Below are positions 21,172-30,816 of a DNA stretch of 64,000 nt, piece after piece. The DNA is from Nitrospirota bacterium (GTDB taxonomy: Bacteria; Nitrospirota; UBA9217). The position numbers and the translations under genes were made by a program. The first letter of the stretch is position 1. Each line of letters begins with the position of its first letter. Under the pieces are notes generated by a model, which was not told the DNA's origin, made no database searches, and saw only the letters and a list, made by a program, of their open reading frames with translations. The stretch is from the NCBI GenBank assembly GCA_963751455.1, contig CAVVUN010000015.1:64001-128000 (forward strand). The letters are read 5' to 3'.

Positions 21172-21364
21172 AAAATATTGGCTACGGCGGCTAAGAAAGC
21201 CGAGAAAGAATATAGAAGCAATACGGCCCTGACCTCCTTCGAAGCCTTCGCCGGGGACGATTTCATGACGAGACCAAGTAGGGGGGAGGTATGGGATATC
21301 CATTTCGACCCTTCCATAGGGTCTGAGATCAAGAAAAAGAGACCGGCGGTCGTCATAAGCGCGG

Positions 21365-21845
21365 CCCCATCGGTGCCGCTTGTTCAAGAGTCACTCGCAT
21401 CATGTCCGCGTCATCGGCTGTAATGAACCAAGGATAGTAGCCTGGGCTCATGTTTCTGAAGATCGGATACGCATTCTTACCGCGGAGTTTGAGGTTGAGA
21501 TTTTTGAAAATTTTCCGGTCATCCGGTTCCGTCTCTTCCCGATCGTTGAACGTGAGCTTTAGACAGTCCTGGGACAGAAAAACGTTAAAATTGTTCCCGG
21601 GGTGTTTCCGCCTCGTACAGCTTCGAATAACAGGTCAGTCCCTTCGTGCCTTTGTATACGATCAGGCCGAAAACCTCGCCGAGATTGCCGATCACGCAGC
21701 AGTAACCGATCTTGCCGGTTTTCGGATTCTGAACGCCGAAGATCAAATCATCGGTCATCCACTCCCAGGGCGCAATCTGCTTAAACTTGAAAGCAAGACC
21801 GTAAAGTTGCTTCCACTGTTCATGATCAGGTTTAGCTTCAGTCAT
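21365..21845 (-). pseudogene. Frameshifted, 3'-truncated conserved hypothetical protein
   Basis: ORF ...APWEWM...GYCCVIGNLGE continues in another frame (QDCLKLTFNDRE...FRNMSPGYYPWFIT) and ends abruptly against the PemK remnant. Confidence 0.6.
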
Positions 21846-22156
21846 TCATTTTTTCCTTTATCATCCTTCAACGATTCCAGATACTCCTCCCATTCCATGG
21901 GCAGCAGATATTTTTTTTTGTTGTTGCAATCCTTGCACGCGGGCACGAGGTTAGCCTGTACCGACATCCCTCCTCGCGTCACCGGGACCAAATGGTCCAT
22001 GGTAAGTTCCGCAGGCTTGAATATCTGTTCGCAGTAATAGCATTTCCCCGTAGAACGTTTTCGCTTCCACCACTGCGAAACGCGCATCTCGCGCGCCTTT
22101 GCTTTTTCGCGTTTGATGTGGGCTTCATCCACTGTAATGAAAAAATCGTCAACCAC
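21842..22156 (-). CDS. Small HNH endonuclease domain protein
   Basis: CYYC...LTMDHLVPVTRGG....NLVPACKDCNNKK. Confidence 0.88.
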   Translation of the reverse strand: MVDDFFITVDEAHIKREKAKAREMRVSQWWKRKRSTGKCYYCEQIFKPAELTMDHLVPVTRGGMSVQANLVPACKDCNNKKKYLLPMEWEEYLESLKDDKGKNE

Positions 22157-22252
22157 AATTTATTGTACTTTTTCCAGCCCGCCTTGTCACGCGAAAAATA
22201 TCATGGGCTGGTTCCTACCCACCCCGTAAGCACCGAAAAATTAATATTTTTC

Positions 22253-22317
22253 TTGACATTGATACACGCCAAATATATACTTTGCCCAGCAGGTGGTATG
22301 AAGTGGGAAATGGTGGG
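22253..22317 (+). promoter_or_regulatory. dcw promoter with MraZ-binding repeats
   Basis: TTGACA (22253)-17nt-TATACT (22276); GTGG(T/G) boxes at 22293, 22303, 22313 with exact 10-bp spacing. Confidence 0.8.
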
Positions 22318-22335
22318 TAGCAGTCAGGGAGAAGC

Positions 22336-22770
22336 ATGTTCCGAGGGAGTTTTGAACATACGGTTGATGCCAAGGGCCGAGTCAGCGTGCCGTCCAGGTT
22401 CCGGGAGATCATCTCCGATCGTTATGACGGCAGGCTCGTTCTTGCGATGGACTTTGACAAGTGCCTCACGGTGTATCCGCTCGAGGAATGGGAAAGGCTC
22501 GAAGAAAAAATCAAAGGCCTGCCGATGATGAAACAAGAAGTGAAGGACTTCATGCGGTTTTTCTTCTCTTCAGCGACTGAATGCGAGCTCGACAAACAGG
22601 GCAGGATCCTGATCCCGCCGTCGCATCGCGAACGTTCCGGCATCCATAAAAACGTACTGCTCGTTGGAATCATGAACAAAATAGAGATATGGGACGCAAA
22701 GGCGTGGGAGGCGCGGAATTCTCAGAACGGCGACAAAATCGGAGAGGCGCTCGCTGAGCTGGGCCTTTAA
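22336..22770 (+). CDS. mraZ: Division/cell wall cluster transcriptional repressor MraZ
   Basis: MFRGSFEHTVDAKGRVSVP, LDKQGRILIP, KIEIWD. Confidence 0.97.
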   Translation: MFRGSFEHTVDAKGRVSVPSRFREIISDRYDGRLVLAMDFDKCLTVYPLEEWERLEEKIKGLPMMKQEVKDFMRFFFSSATECELDKQGRILIPPSHRERSGIHKNVLLVGIMNKIEIWDAKAWEARNSQNGDKIGEALAELGL

Positions 22771-22771
22771 G

Positions 22772-23131
22772 ATGGAATCGAAACTGAAAGTATATCAGAT
22801 GAACCTGGAAGGCGAAATCGACGCGGCCAAGATGGCGGAGATAGACCGCGTGATAGGCCAGCTGATCAAGGGCGAGATGTACGGCCTCATCCTCAACTTC
22901 GAGACCGTCGAGCACATCCAGTTCACTATTCTTCCGATGCTCGTTGAGGAAAGGAAGCGGCTGCAGTCCTTCGGAGGCGACATACGGCTTTCCGGCATGT
23001 CGGATTATATCAAGAACATCTTCAGGACGACCGGCGTGCTCGAACAATTTCAGGTATTCGACAAGGCTCAGCAGGCAGTCAAGAGCTTCGGGGTTTCCAA
23101 GGCTGCGACCAACCTGCCGCTGGGACTGTAG
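22772..23131 (+). CDS. STAS-domain protein (anti-sigma factor antagonist-like)
   Basis: LEGEID, LILNFETVEHI, GGDIRLSGMSDYIKNIFRTTG. Confidence 0.8.
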   Translation: MESKLKVYQMNLEGEIDAAKMAEIDRVIGQLIKGEMYGLILNFETVEHIQFTILPMLVEERKRLQSFGGDIRLSGMSDYIKNIFRTTGVLEQFQVFDKAQQAVKSFGVSKAATNLPLGL

Positions 23132-23229
23132 CAATTGCAGATTGCGGAATGCGGATTGAGAAACGAAATCATTCTCTGAGGTTTATGTATGGAACCTGAT
23201 CCGAAATCCGAAATCCGAAATCCGCAATT
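23132..23229. repeat. 7-mer periodic IR element overlapping the rsmH start
   Basis: CAATTGCAGATTGCGGAATGCGGATTG ... ATCCGAAATCCGAAATCCGAAATCCGCAATT. Confidence 0.75.
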
Positions 23230-24154
23230 AGAACACGTTCCGGTTCTTCTGAGCGAGGCTGTTGACCTGCTTTCGCCTGGGCCGGGCGGTGTTTACGTGG
23301 ATGGTACGGTCGGCGCGGGCGGCCACGCCGCCGAAATACTAAAACGTTCTGCACCCGACGGCATCGTTATCGCTCTTGACCGCGATTCAGAGGCGGTCGA
23401 ACGAAGTAAAAAAAAGCTTGCTCCTTTCGGCGGCCGTGCTCTGGTGCAGCAGGCCAATTACCGGGATATCCCCGCGGTTCTTTCTGCCCTGGGGTATGAT
23501 CGTGTGGACGGCGTTCTGCTTGATCTCGGCGTATCCTGGTTTCACGTCAAATCTCCGGACCGCGGATTCAGCTTCATGCTTGAAGGGCCGCTCGATATGC
23601 GTATGGATAGAAATATCACGCAGACGGCCGCAGATCTCGTAAATACGCTCCCTGTGTATGATCTCGCGAGAATTATTCGTGAGTACGGGGAAGAGAGAAG
23701 AGCAGGCGCAATAGCAAAGGCTATAGAAAAAGCGAGGGCCCGGGAGCCTATTACAAGCACCGTCCGGCTTGCAGAAATCATTGCAAGTGTATTTCCTCCG
23801 TACCCTCCCCGGCGCATGCATCCCGCCACGCTCACATTCCAGGCCTTGCGAATTGCTATTAACGATGAAATCGAGGCCCTTCGCGAGGGACTCCGGGACA
23901 TAATTCCTGCTCTTAAAACAGGCGGCCGGATTGCGGTCATCTCGTTCCACTCACTTGAAGACCGTGTTGTAAAACAGTCGTTCGCTTTCGGGGCAAAGGG
24001 CTGCATCTGCCCGCCGAAAATGCCGATGTGCAGCTGCGGTAAAAAACCGGAGTTAAGGATTCTTACCAAGAGGCCGATTGTGGCCGGGGCTGAGGAAGTG
24101 AACAGAAATGTCGCAGCCAGGAGCGCGAAACTAAGAGCTGCCGAAAGGCTTTAG
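23189..24154 (+). CDS. rsmH: 16S rRNA m4C1402 methyltransferase RsmH
   Basis: HVPVLL, DGTVGAGGHA, LLDLGVS, PLDMRMD, SFHSLEDR, ARSAKLR. Confidence 0.97.
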   Translation: MEPDPKSEIRNPQLEHVPVLLSEAVDLLSPGPGGVYVDGTVGAGGHAAEILKRSAPDGIVIALDRDSEAVERSKKKLAPFGGRALVQQANYRDIPAVLSALGYDRVDGVLLDLGVSWFHVKSPDRGFSFMLEGPLDMRMDRNITQTAADLVNTLPVYDLARIIREYGEERRAGAIAKAIEKARAREPITSTVRLAEIIASVFPPYPPRRMHPATLTFQALRIAINDEIEALREGLRDIIPALKTGGRIAVISFHSLEDRVVKQSFAFGAKGCICPPKMPMCSCGKKPELRILTKRPIVAGAEEVNRNVAARSAKLRAAERL

Positions 24155-24235
24155 AATACTAAAACTTAATTTCAGCGTGAAAAAGTATTTGAATAACAAT
24201 TACAACTTTCCTTTTTCTGAAAGAAGAGTTATCGT

Positions 24236-24583
24236 ATGATGTCTAGAGTGGGCCATATGGGGTCTTTTGTACTAAACCGCACAAGGCAGGGAAATGTGCG
24301 CAAGATTTTCGCAACCCTTTTTATGGTGACCGTACTGATGCTGTACGTGGCTGGCAAGGTGAAAATCGTTCGGCTGGGCTATCAAATCGAGGCCATGGAG
24401 AGCGAGAAAAAGGAATTAGAGCGTGAGAACCGATCGCTTCGAATAGAGGCATCGAGCCTGACGGCCTCAGCGCGTATAGAAGAGATTGCTATCAACCGAC
24501 TAGGGATGATACGGCCCGCGAAAGACAATATTGTTGTTGTAAAAAGAAAAGGTGACAGGGGGAATTCAAAAACAATAAAGTGA
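24236..24583 (+). CDS. ftsL: Cell division protein FtsL
   Basis: Single TM, coiled coil, RIEEIAINRLGM; located between rsmH and ftsI. Confidence 0.85.
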   Translation: MMSRVGHMGSFVLNRTRQGNVRKIFATLFMVTVLMLYVAGKVKIVRLGYQIEAMESEKKELERENRSLRIEASSLTASARIEEIAINRLGMIRPAKDNIVVVKRKGDRGNSKTIK

Positions 24584-24611
24584 TTTTTGCCACTGATGTA
24601 GGGAGAGGACT

Positions 24612-24727
24612 CGATGGACCAGGGACCAAGGAGGACGGACGAAAAGACAGGGGATGAGAGACAAGGGACAAGATTTATGAAGGACTTTCGTCCAATCATC
24701 TTGGCGAGTCCCGATTTTCATCGGGAT
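24612..24727. repeat. 7-mer GGAC-type microrepeat plus TCCCGATTTTCATCGGGA palindrome
   Basis: GGACCAG GGACCAA GGA GGAC GGACGAA ... GGGACAAG in the ftsL-ftsI spacer. Confidence 0.5.
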
Positions 24728-24770
24728 AAATTCCGCGGACGCTCCTTATGGCAGGGGAGATGGCTGACAG

Positions 24771-26501
24771 ATGGATAAACGGGGAAGAATACTCGCCGTA
24801 TTCCTGGTGATCGGTCTTGGGTTTGGATGTGTGGCCCTGAAGCTTGTTTATCTCCAGCTCTTCCAGCGGACGGAACTGACGGAACGCGCAGAGCGGCAAC
24901 AGGAGCAGCTGGTAAAGCTCGAAGCCAAGCGGGGGACCATCTACGACCGCATGGGAAGAGAGCTTGCAGTCAGTCTTGATGTAGATTCGGTCTACGGCGT
25001 ACCTTCCCAGGTTGACAATCCCCGCGAAACAGCACAGCAGCTTTCCCGCATCCTGAATGAGAACCCGCACGTGCTTGAACGCAAGCTCGAGGGCGGTAAA
25101 CACTTTGTCTGGTTGAGCCGTAAGGTCGAACCCGCACGCGCCAGAAAAGTAAAGGAGCTCGATTCGAGCGAGATCGGCCTCAGATCGGAATCAAAACGTT
25201 TTTACCCGAAAAAGAACCTCGCCGGTCCGGTACTTGGCTTTACCGGTCTGGATAACGAAGGACTGGAAGGGCTTGAGCTCGAGTACGACAAGGAGCTCAG
25301 GGGTCTACGGGGCTGGGTGCTGGCCGAGAAGGACGCAATGGGCAGGACTGTTTTCCCGGGCGGTCCCGGGTTACAGTACAAGCTTCCGAAGCCGGGTCAT
25401 GACATTGTTTTGACGCTGGACGAAGTTATCCAGCACATCGTTGAGAAAGAGCTGAATTCGGCGATCGGGTCGGCGCGCGCGAAGGGCGGCGTCTGCATCG
25501 TGATGAATCCGAAGACAGGCGAAGTGCTTGCGCTGGCGGTCCGCGAGAACGGCCGCTCCAGCCAGGTCTTTAACCCGAATGAGCCCCGGCGCTCAAAGCC
25601 CGAAGAATGGAGAAACCGCACGGTCACGGATGCCTTTGAGCCCGGCTCGATTTTCAAGCCGATCCTGGCAGCGGCAGCGCTCGAAGAAAGGGTCGTGCAT
25701 CCTCTCGAACGGTTCGACTGCAGCGCCGGCAAGATAGAAGTCGCGGACCGGGTCATCAATGATGCCCACACGCACGGGGTGCTTTCTTTTACCGACGTCA
25801 TTGCCCAGTCGAGCAATGTGGGTACTATCAAGGTCGCGCTTCGCCTGGGCAAGGAACGCTTCTCCAGGCATATAAAGGCATTCGGCTTTGGACGCAAGAC
25901 CGGCGTGGATCTTCCGGGAGAGATTTCCGGCCTTGTGAAAGACCAGCGCCTGTGGTCGGGCGTCTCGATCGGATCAATTGCAATCGGGCAGGAGATCGGC
26001 GTCACACCGATTCAGATGGCAGCCGCATATAGCGCTCTTGCGAACGGCGGGATGCTCATGAGACCATACCTTGTCGCCGAGATCGTGGACCGCGACGGGC
26101 GAGAAGGCAGGAAATTTCAACCCCAGCCGGTCGGCAGGGCCGCAAGCGAACAGACCTGCGGCAAGCTCAACGGGATACTCCGGCGGGTAGTGGAGGCGGG
26201 AACCGGAGAAAAGGCGCGTCCCGCGGGGTATACTGCGGCCGGCAAGACCGGCACGGCGCAGAAGATAGATCAAAAGACGGGCCTGTATTCTAAAAAGGAT
26301 TATGTGAGCTCCTTTGTCGGCTTTACACCGGTACACGACCCTAAACTCGTAATTCTCGTTATGGTTGACAGTCCCGAAGGCGTCATCTATGGAGGAAGCG
26401 TGGCTGCTCCGGTTTTCAAGGCGGTGGCGGAGCAGAGTCTCGCCTACCTTCAGGTGCCGCCCGATGACGCAGGAGGCAGGATGCTCCTGGTAACACGATG
26501 A
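24771..26501 (+). CDS. ftsI: Penicillin-binding protein FtsI (PBP3)
   Basis: RGTIYDR, FEPGSIFK (SxxK), SSN, KTGTAQK. Confidence 0.93.
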   Translation: MDKRGRILAVFLVIGLGFGCVALKLVYLQLFQRTELTERAERQQEQLVKLEAKRGTIYDRMGRELAVSLDVDSVYGVPSQVDNPRETAQQLSRILNENPHVLERKLEGGKHFVWLSRKVEPARARKVKELDSSEIGLRSESKRFYPKKNLAGPVLGFTGLDNEGLEGLELEYDKELRGLRGWVLAEKDAMGRTVFPGGPGLQYKLPKPGHDIVLTLDEVIQHIVEKELNSAIGSARAKGGVCIVMNPKTGEVLALAVRENGRSSQVFNPNEPRRSKPEEWRNRTVTDAFEPGSIFKPILAAAALEERVVHPLERFDCSAGKIEVADRVINDAHTHGVLSFTDVIAQSSNVGTIKVALRLGKERFSRHIKAFGFGRKTGVDLPGEISGLVKDQRLWSGVSIGSIAIGQEIGVTPIQMAAAYSALANGGMLMRPYLVAEIVDRDGREGRKFQPQPVGRAASEQTCGKLNGILRRVVEAGTGEKARPAGYTAAGKTGTAQKIDQKTGLYSKKDYVSSFVGFTPVHDPKLVILVMVDSPEGVIYGGSVAAPVFKAVAEQSLAYLQVPPDDAGGRMLLVTR

Positions 26502-28048
26502 AACTAGGTGATTTACTATGTACACTCAAGAAACCGCCGACAGCTTCGGCCGCGGACCGGGAGGTGCTCGATATCACCCATGATTCACGAAAGGTTAAAC
26601 CCGGTTCTCTCTTCGTGGCCGTGCGAGGTTTCAACTCGGACGGCCATCTATTTGTTCCTCAGGCGGTAGAGCGGGGAGCGGTCGGCGTCGTGGCCGAGCA
26701 TGAGAGCGGCGCGGCTGAATCGGTCCCCGAGATCATCGTTGAAGATTCGCGTCGGGCGCTTGCGCTTCTCGCAAACCGGTTCTACGGCTATCCCTCGACG
26801 AAGCTTTCGCTCATCGGCGTTACCGGCACAAACGGCAAGACCACCACAACGTACCTCGTAAAATCGATCGTGCAGGCGGCCGGGCGGCTTGCGGGGCTGA
26901 TCGGGACCATCGATTACCGCATCGGGGACACGGTGTACCCGTCCCCCAATACCACGCCCGAGTCGCTGGAGCTTCAGCGTTTTTTGTCCGAGGCGGTCGG
27001 GCTTGGAGCCGAGTACTGCGTGATGGAAGTTTCGTCGCATGCCCTGGAACTCGGCAGAACGCGGGGATGTGAATTCGCGGTTGCCGCTTTTACGAACCTG
27101 ACCCAGGACCATCTGGATTTTCACGGGACAATGGACGCCTATTTCGGTTCAAAGCTCCGCCTTTTTTCAGGGCTTTCGTCGAAGGGCCGGGCTGTAGTCA
27201 ATCTCGATGACAAACGGGCGGCGGAGATCATCAACGCAACCCCGGCTTCCGTCCTCACCACCGGAATGACCAGCCGCGCCGATGTGCATCCGGACGGAGG
27301 CATTCAGCATGGCATCGAAGGCCTTCGTTTTAACGTGTCGACACCCGTCGGCATGCTGTCGGTGCAATCGCCGCTGGTGGGCCGGCATAATGTTTACAAC
27401 ATGCTGACCGCAATCGGGATCGGCATTGCCCTCGGTTTTCCGGCGGACGCGATCGCGCTCGGCATCAGGGAAATGAAGGCCGTTCCCGGCCGGATGGAAA
27501 AAGTGGACGAGGGTCAGGGTTTCGGGGTCGTGGTGGACTATGCACATACCGAAGACGCGCTCCAGCGGCTGCTTCAGGCAGCCCGCGAGATCACCGCTTC
27601 CAGAATCATCACGGTCTTCGGCTGCGGCGGCGACCGTGACCGCACAAAGCGTCCGAAAATGGGCGCCGCCGCGCTGAACGGGAGCGACATTGTCATTGTG
27701 ACGTCCGACAATCCGAGGTCCGAGGACGCGATGAGCATTATCCGGGAAATCGAGGTCGGTATGGCCAGCGATATGAAAGCGGCGTCAACCGGTCATGCAG
27801 CGAAGCATCGTGAGAAACCGTATTTTGTTATCGCTGACCGTCGCAGCGCCATAGCGGAGGCTGTTCGCATCGCGAAACCAGGGGATGTGGTGGTGCTTGC
27901 GGGAAAAGGTCATGAGGATTACCAGATAATCGGGAGCTTAAAGCTCCATTTTGACGACCGGGAAGTGGCGCGGGAAGAAATACGGAGACGCACTGCGGAA
28001 TGCGGAGTTCCCTCAACCGGTCCCTCTCCCGGGAGGGAGAGGGGCTAG
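26498..28048 (+). CDS. murE: UDP-MurNAc-tripeptide synthetase MurE
   Basis: GVTGTNGKTT, MEVSSH, DYAHT, FGCGGDRD, DNPR (meso-DAP type), AGKGHE. Confidence 0.96.
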   Translation: MKLGDLLCTLKKPPTASAADREVLDITHDSRKVKPGSLFVAVRGFNSDGHLFVPQAVERGAVGVVAEHESGAAESVPEIIVEDSRRALALLANRFYGYPSTKLSLIGVTGTNGKTTTTYLVKSIVQAAGRLAGLIGTIDYRIGDTVYPSPNTTPESLELQRFLSEAVGLGAEYCVMEVSSHALELGRTRGCEFAVAAFTNLTQDHLDFHGTMDAYFGSKLRLFSGLSSKGRAVVNLDDKRAAEIINATPASVLTTGMTSRADVHPDGGIQHGIEGLRFNVSTPVGMLSVQSPLVGRHNVYNMLTAIGIGIALGFPADAIALGIREMKAVPGRMEKVDEGQGFGVVVDYAHTEDALQRLLQAAREITASRIITVFGCGGDRDRTKRPKMGAAALNGSDIVIVTSDNPRSEDAMSIIREIEVGMASDMKAASTGHAAKHREKPYFVIADRRSAIAEAVRIAKPGDVVVLAGKGHEDYQIIGSLKLHFDDREVAREEIRRRTAECGVPSTGPSPGRERG

Positions 28049-28199
28049 TGGACACTCTGCACTCGCGTAGACACACTCGTCATCGCTGGGTGCAGGCAAG
28101 GATAATTCTATCTCGGATTGCGCATTGCGGAGTAGAACCTGGAAAGGCGGCATCGAAGCCTTTTCATAATCCGCATTCCGAAATTCGAAATCCGAAATT
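27993..28199. repeat. Composite repeat region: 7-mer IR arms, CCCTCTCCC/GGGAGAGGG palindrome, degenerate GCAGGC insert
   Basis: CTGCGGAATGCGGAGT; CCCTCTCCCGGGAGGGAGAGGG; CTGCACTCGCG...CGCTGGGTGCAGGC (28054-28097); CGGATTGCGCATTGCGGAGT...ATCCGCATTCCGAAATTCGAAATCCGAAATT. Confidence 0.65.
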
Positions 28200-28202
28200 G
28201 AT

Positions 28203-29570
28203 ATGAACTACTCTGATACAAAACTGCTGCAGGAGATTTTGGGGAGGTTGCAGGGGATGGAAATAAAAGGAGTATCAATAGACTCCAGGAACATAAAAGA
28301 AGGAGAGCTTTTCATCGCTATAAAAGGCGACCGGTTCGACGGCCACGATTTTGTTCCGGACGCAATTAAAAAAGGCGCCTGGGGCGCGCTGGTCGAACGC
28401 ACAGCGCTCGAACTCAAATATGAACACATCGGCGGCCTCAAAAATATTCTTCCGGTGGAAGACACGCTCGTGGCGCTTCAAGAGATGTCCCAAAAGCACA
28501 GGAAAAAATATTCGATTCCGGTTGTCGGGATAACAGGCAGCAACGGGAAAACAACAACCAAGGAAATGGTCGCGGGCATCATGAAGCAGAAGGGGCCTGT
28601 GCTGAAGAACGAAGGCAATTTGAACAATCATATCGGCGTTCCGCTTACGCTGCTCAAGATCGAAGCAAGGCACCGGAGCGCCGTGGTCGAGATGGGCATG
28701 AGCGCAATCGGCGAGATCGACCTGCTTGCCCGGCTTGCTGCCCCGGACGTCGGTGTGATCACGAATATCGGGCCTGCACATCTGGAATTCCTGGGAACCA
28801 TGGACGGGGTAGCCGAAGCCAAGGCGGAGCTTCTCGGGAACCTTGCCGCCACGGGGACCGCGGTTCTCAATGCGGATGATCCCTATTTCGAGACGCTCAG
28901 GAAAAAATGCCCCGGCCGGGTGAAGAGCTTTGGGATAGAGAACAAGGCGGATGTGACCGCCCGCGATATAGAACAGGGCAGGGACTTCACGGATTTTACG
29001 CTGACAAGCGACGGTGCAAAGGTGAAGGTGCGGCTTCGCGCATTGGGCAGGCATAATATCTATAACGCGCTGGCGGCCGCCGCAGCCGCAACGGCGGCAG
29101 GTATGCCGATCGAGGCAGTGAAGTACGGTCTTGACGATTTTGCACCCATAGCGATGCGCTCCGAGGTCCGAATCATGAACGGCAGGACCGTGCTAGCCGA
29201 TTGTTATAATGCGAACCCGGGCTCGGTCAAGGCCGCGCTCGAAACGCTGGTTTCCGTAAGAAAGAACAAAAAAGCGGTCGCGGTGCTCGGCGATATGCTT
29301 GAATTGGGCGAGTTGTCGGCGGCCGAACACCGCGCGATCGGAGCGGCTGCCGCCAGGCTGGGGGTCGACGTTCTCATAACGCTGGGCCCGATGGCAAAGC
29401 ACATCCTGGACGGCGCGCATGACGGCGGCATGCCGAAGGCCAAACTCTTCGCTGCCGCAACGCATGCCGAGGCGGCCGAGCTGGCGACCAGGAATTCCGA
29501 AAACGGAGATGCGGTGTTGATCAAAGGGTCGCGCGGCATGAAGATGGAAAAGATTCTGGAGGAGTTCTGA
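28203..29570 (+). CDS. murF: UDP-MurNAc-pentapeptide synthetase MurF
   Basis: [42 protein letters not shown]. Confidence 0.96.
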   Translation: MNYSDTKLLQEILGRLQGMEIKGVSIDSRNIKEGELFIAIKGDRFDGHDFVPDAIKKGAWGALVERTALELKYEHIGGLKNILPVEDTLVALQEMSQKHRKKYSIPVVGITGSNGKTTTKEMVAGIMKQKGPVLKNEGNLNNHIGVPLTLLKIEARHRSAVVEMGMSAIGEIDLLARLAAPDVGVITNIGPAHLEFLGTMDGVAEAKAELLGNLAATGTAVLNADDPYFETLRKKCPGRVKSFGIENKADVTARDIEQGRDFTDFTLTSDGAKVKVRLRALGRHNIYNALAAAAAATAAGMPIEAVKYGLDDFAPIAMRSEVRIMNGRTVLADCYNANPGSVKAALETLVSVRKNKKAVAVLGDMLELGELSAAEHRAIGAAAARLGVDVLITLGPMAKHILDGAHDGGMPKAKLFAAATHAEAAELATRNSENGDAVLIKGSRGMKMEKILEEF

Positions 29571-30649
29571 TGCTGTATCATCTGCTTTATCCGCTTCGAA
29601 ATGTATTCAGCGGCTTCAACGTTTTCAAGTACATAACCTTTCGGAGCGCGGGTGCGGTGCTGACGGCGCTCCTCGTGACGTTCCTGCTCGGTAAAATGAT
29701 GATTGCCTGGCTCAGAAGGCTCAAGGTAGGCCAGCACGTGCGCAACGACGGCCCGCAGACCCATTTATCAAAACAGGGCACGCCGACCATGGGCGGCATT
29801 CTCATTATCACAGCGCTCGCCGTGTCGGTGCTTCTCTGGTCCGATCTTACTAATAAATACGTGTGGGTCGTGCTCTTCGCTACGCTTGCCTTCGGCGCCA
29901 TAGGATTCTGGGATGATTATCTGAAGGTCGTGAAGAAGCGGTCCAAGGGGCTGAGCGCCAAACAGAAATTCGGACTCCAGATTCTGGCAGCCGTTCTGAT
30001 CGCCGTTTTTCTGTATCATCCCGCCGACCGTTACAGTACGCACCTGTCAGTGCCGTTCATGAAGCAGCTCTTCATTAATCTCGGCTGGTTCTACATTCCG
30101 TTTGTGGCCGTCGTTGTTATCGGCTCATCGAATGCAGTGAACCTCACGGATGGTCTCGACGGTCTGGCCATCGGCCTTGTGGGAATTGCGTCAATGGCAA
30201 ACGCGGTGATCGTGTATCTCGGCGGAAACCGGGTAATCGCCAATTACCTGAAGATCCTGTACATTCCGGGCAGCGGAGAGCTGGTCATTTTTTGCGGCGC
30301 CATGCTCGGCGCCAGCCTCGGTTTTCTCTGGTATAATGCGCACCCCGCGGAGGTGTTTATGGGCGATGTCGGGTCCCTTTCGCTCGGCGGGGCGCTCGGC
30401 ACGATAGCCGTGGTCACGAAGCACGAGCTCATCCTCGTTATCGTGGGCGGAATTTTCGTGATCGAAACAGTCTCCGTCGCGCTGCAGGTGGCCTCGTACA
30501 AACTCACGGGCAAGCGCATCTTCAGGATGGCGCCCATCCACCATCATTTTGAACAGATCGGCTGGCCCGAGTCAAAGGTGATCGTGCGGTTCTGGATCAT
30601 AGGTATTATCCTGGCGCTGGTGTCGCTGAGTTCGTTAAAGTTGAGATGA
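29570..30649 (+). CDS. mraY: Phospho-MurNAc-pentapeptide transferase MraY
   Basis: [38 protein letters not shown]. Confidence 0.97.
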   Translation: MLYHLLYPLRNVFSGFNVFKYITFRSAGAVLTALLVTFLLGKMMIAWLRRLKVGQHVRNDGPQTHLSKQGTPTMGGILIITALAVSVLLWSDLTNKYVWVVLFATLAFGAIGFWDDYLKVVKKRSKGLSAKQKFGLQILAAVLIAVFLYHPADRYSTHLSVPFMKQLFINLGWFYIPFVAVVVIGSSNAVNLTDGLDGLAIGLVGIASMANAVIVYLGGNRVIANYLKILYIPGSGELVIFCGAMLGASLGFLWYNAHPAEVFMGDVGSLSLGGALGTIAVVTKHELILVIVGGIFVIETVSVALQVASYKLTGKRIFRMAPIHHHFEQIGWPESKVIVRFWIIGIILALVSLSSLKLR

Positions 30650-30660
30650 AATGCATTTGG

Positions 30661-30787
30661 CCGCAGATTGCGCAGATTTAACGCAGATTAAGAAAATAGA
30701 GAAAACGTCTAAATGGCAGAATTTAATAACGGCCTAATTAAAAAAAATTCTTGAAATTAAAATCTGTGAAATCTGCGTAATCTGCGG
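30661..30787. repeat. Periodic IR element, CGCAGATT family
   Basis: CCGCAGATTGCGCAGATTTAACGCAGATT ... AATCTGTGAAATCTGCGTAATCTGCGG. Confidence 0.8.
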
Positions 30788-30816
30788 ATCAAGGAGTTAA
30801 CGTTTTTGGAGGCAAG

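Larger units (their letters stand above)
19718..21364 (+). pseudogene. Antitoxin copy 2 (IS-interrupted) plus truncated PemK/MazF toxin
   Basis: Removing the IS and one target copy gives MKKAKSAVDIIKLPKEERAKILATAAKKAEKEYRSNTALTSFEAFAGDD, then MTRPSRGEVWDIHFDPSIGSEIKKKRPAVVIS (PemK N-terminus), which breaks off. Confidence 0.75.

Noticed and set aside
15130-21845. Integron cassette array
   Set aside because: No intI and no convincing attC (RYYYAAC...GTTRRRY) pairs identified by eye.
21842-22156. HNH protein as mobiliser of the repeats
   Set aside because: No repeats flank it; it looks like a common stand-alone small HNH gene.
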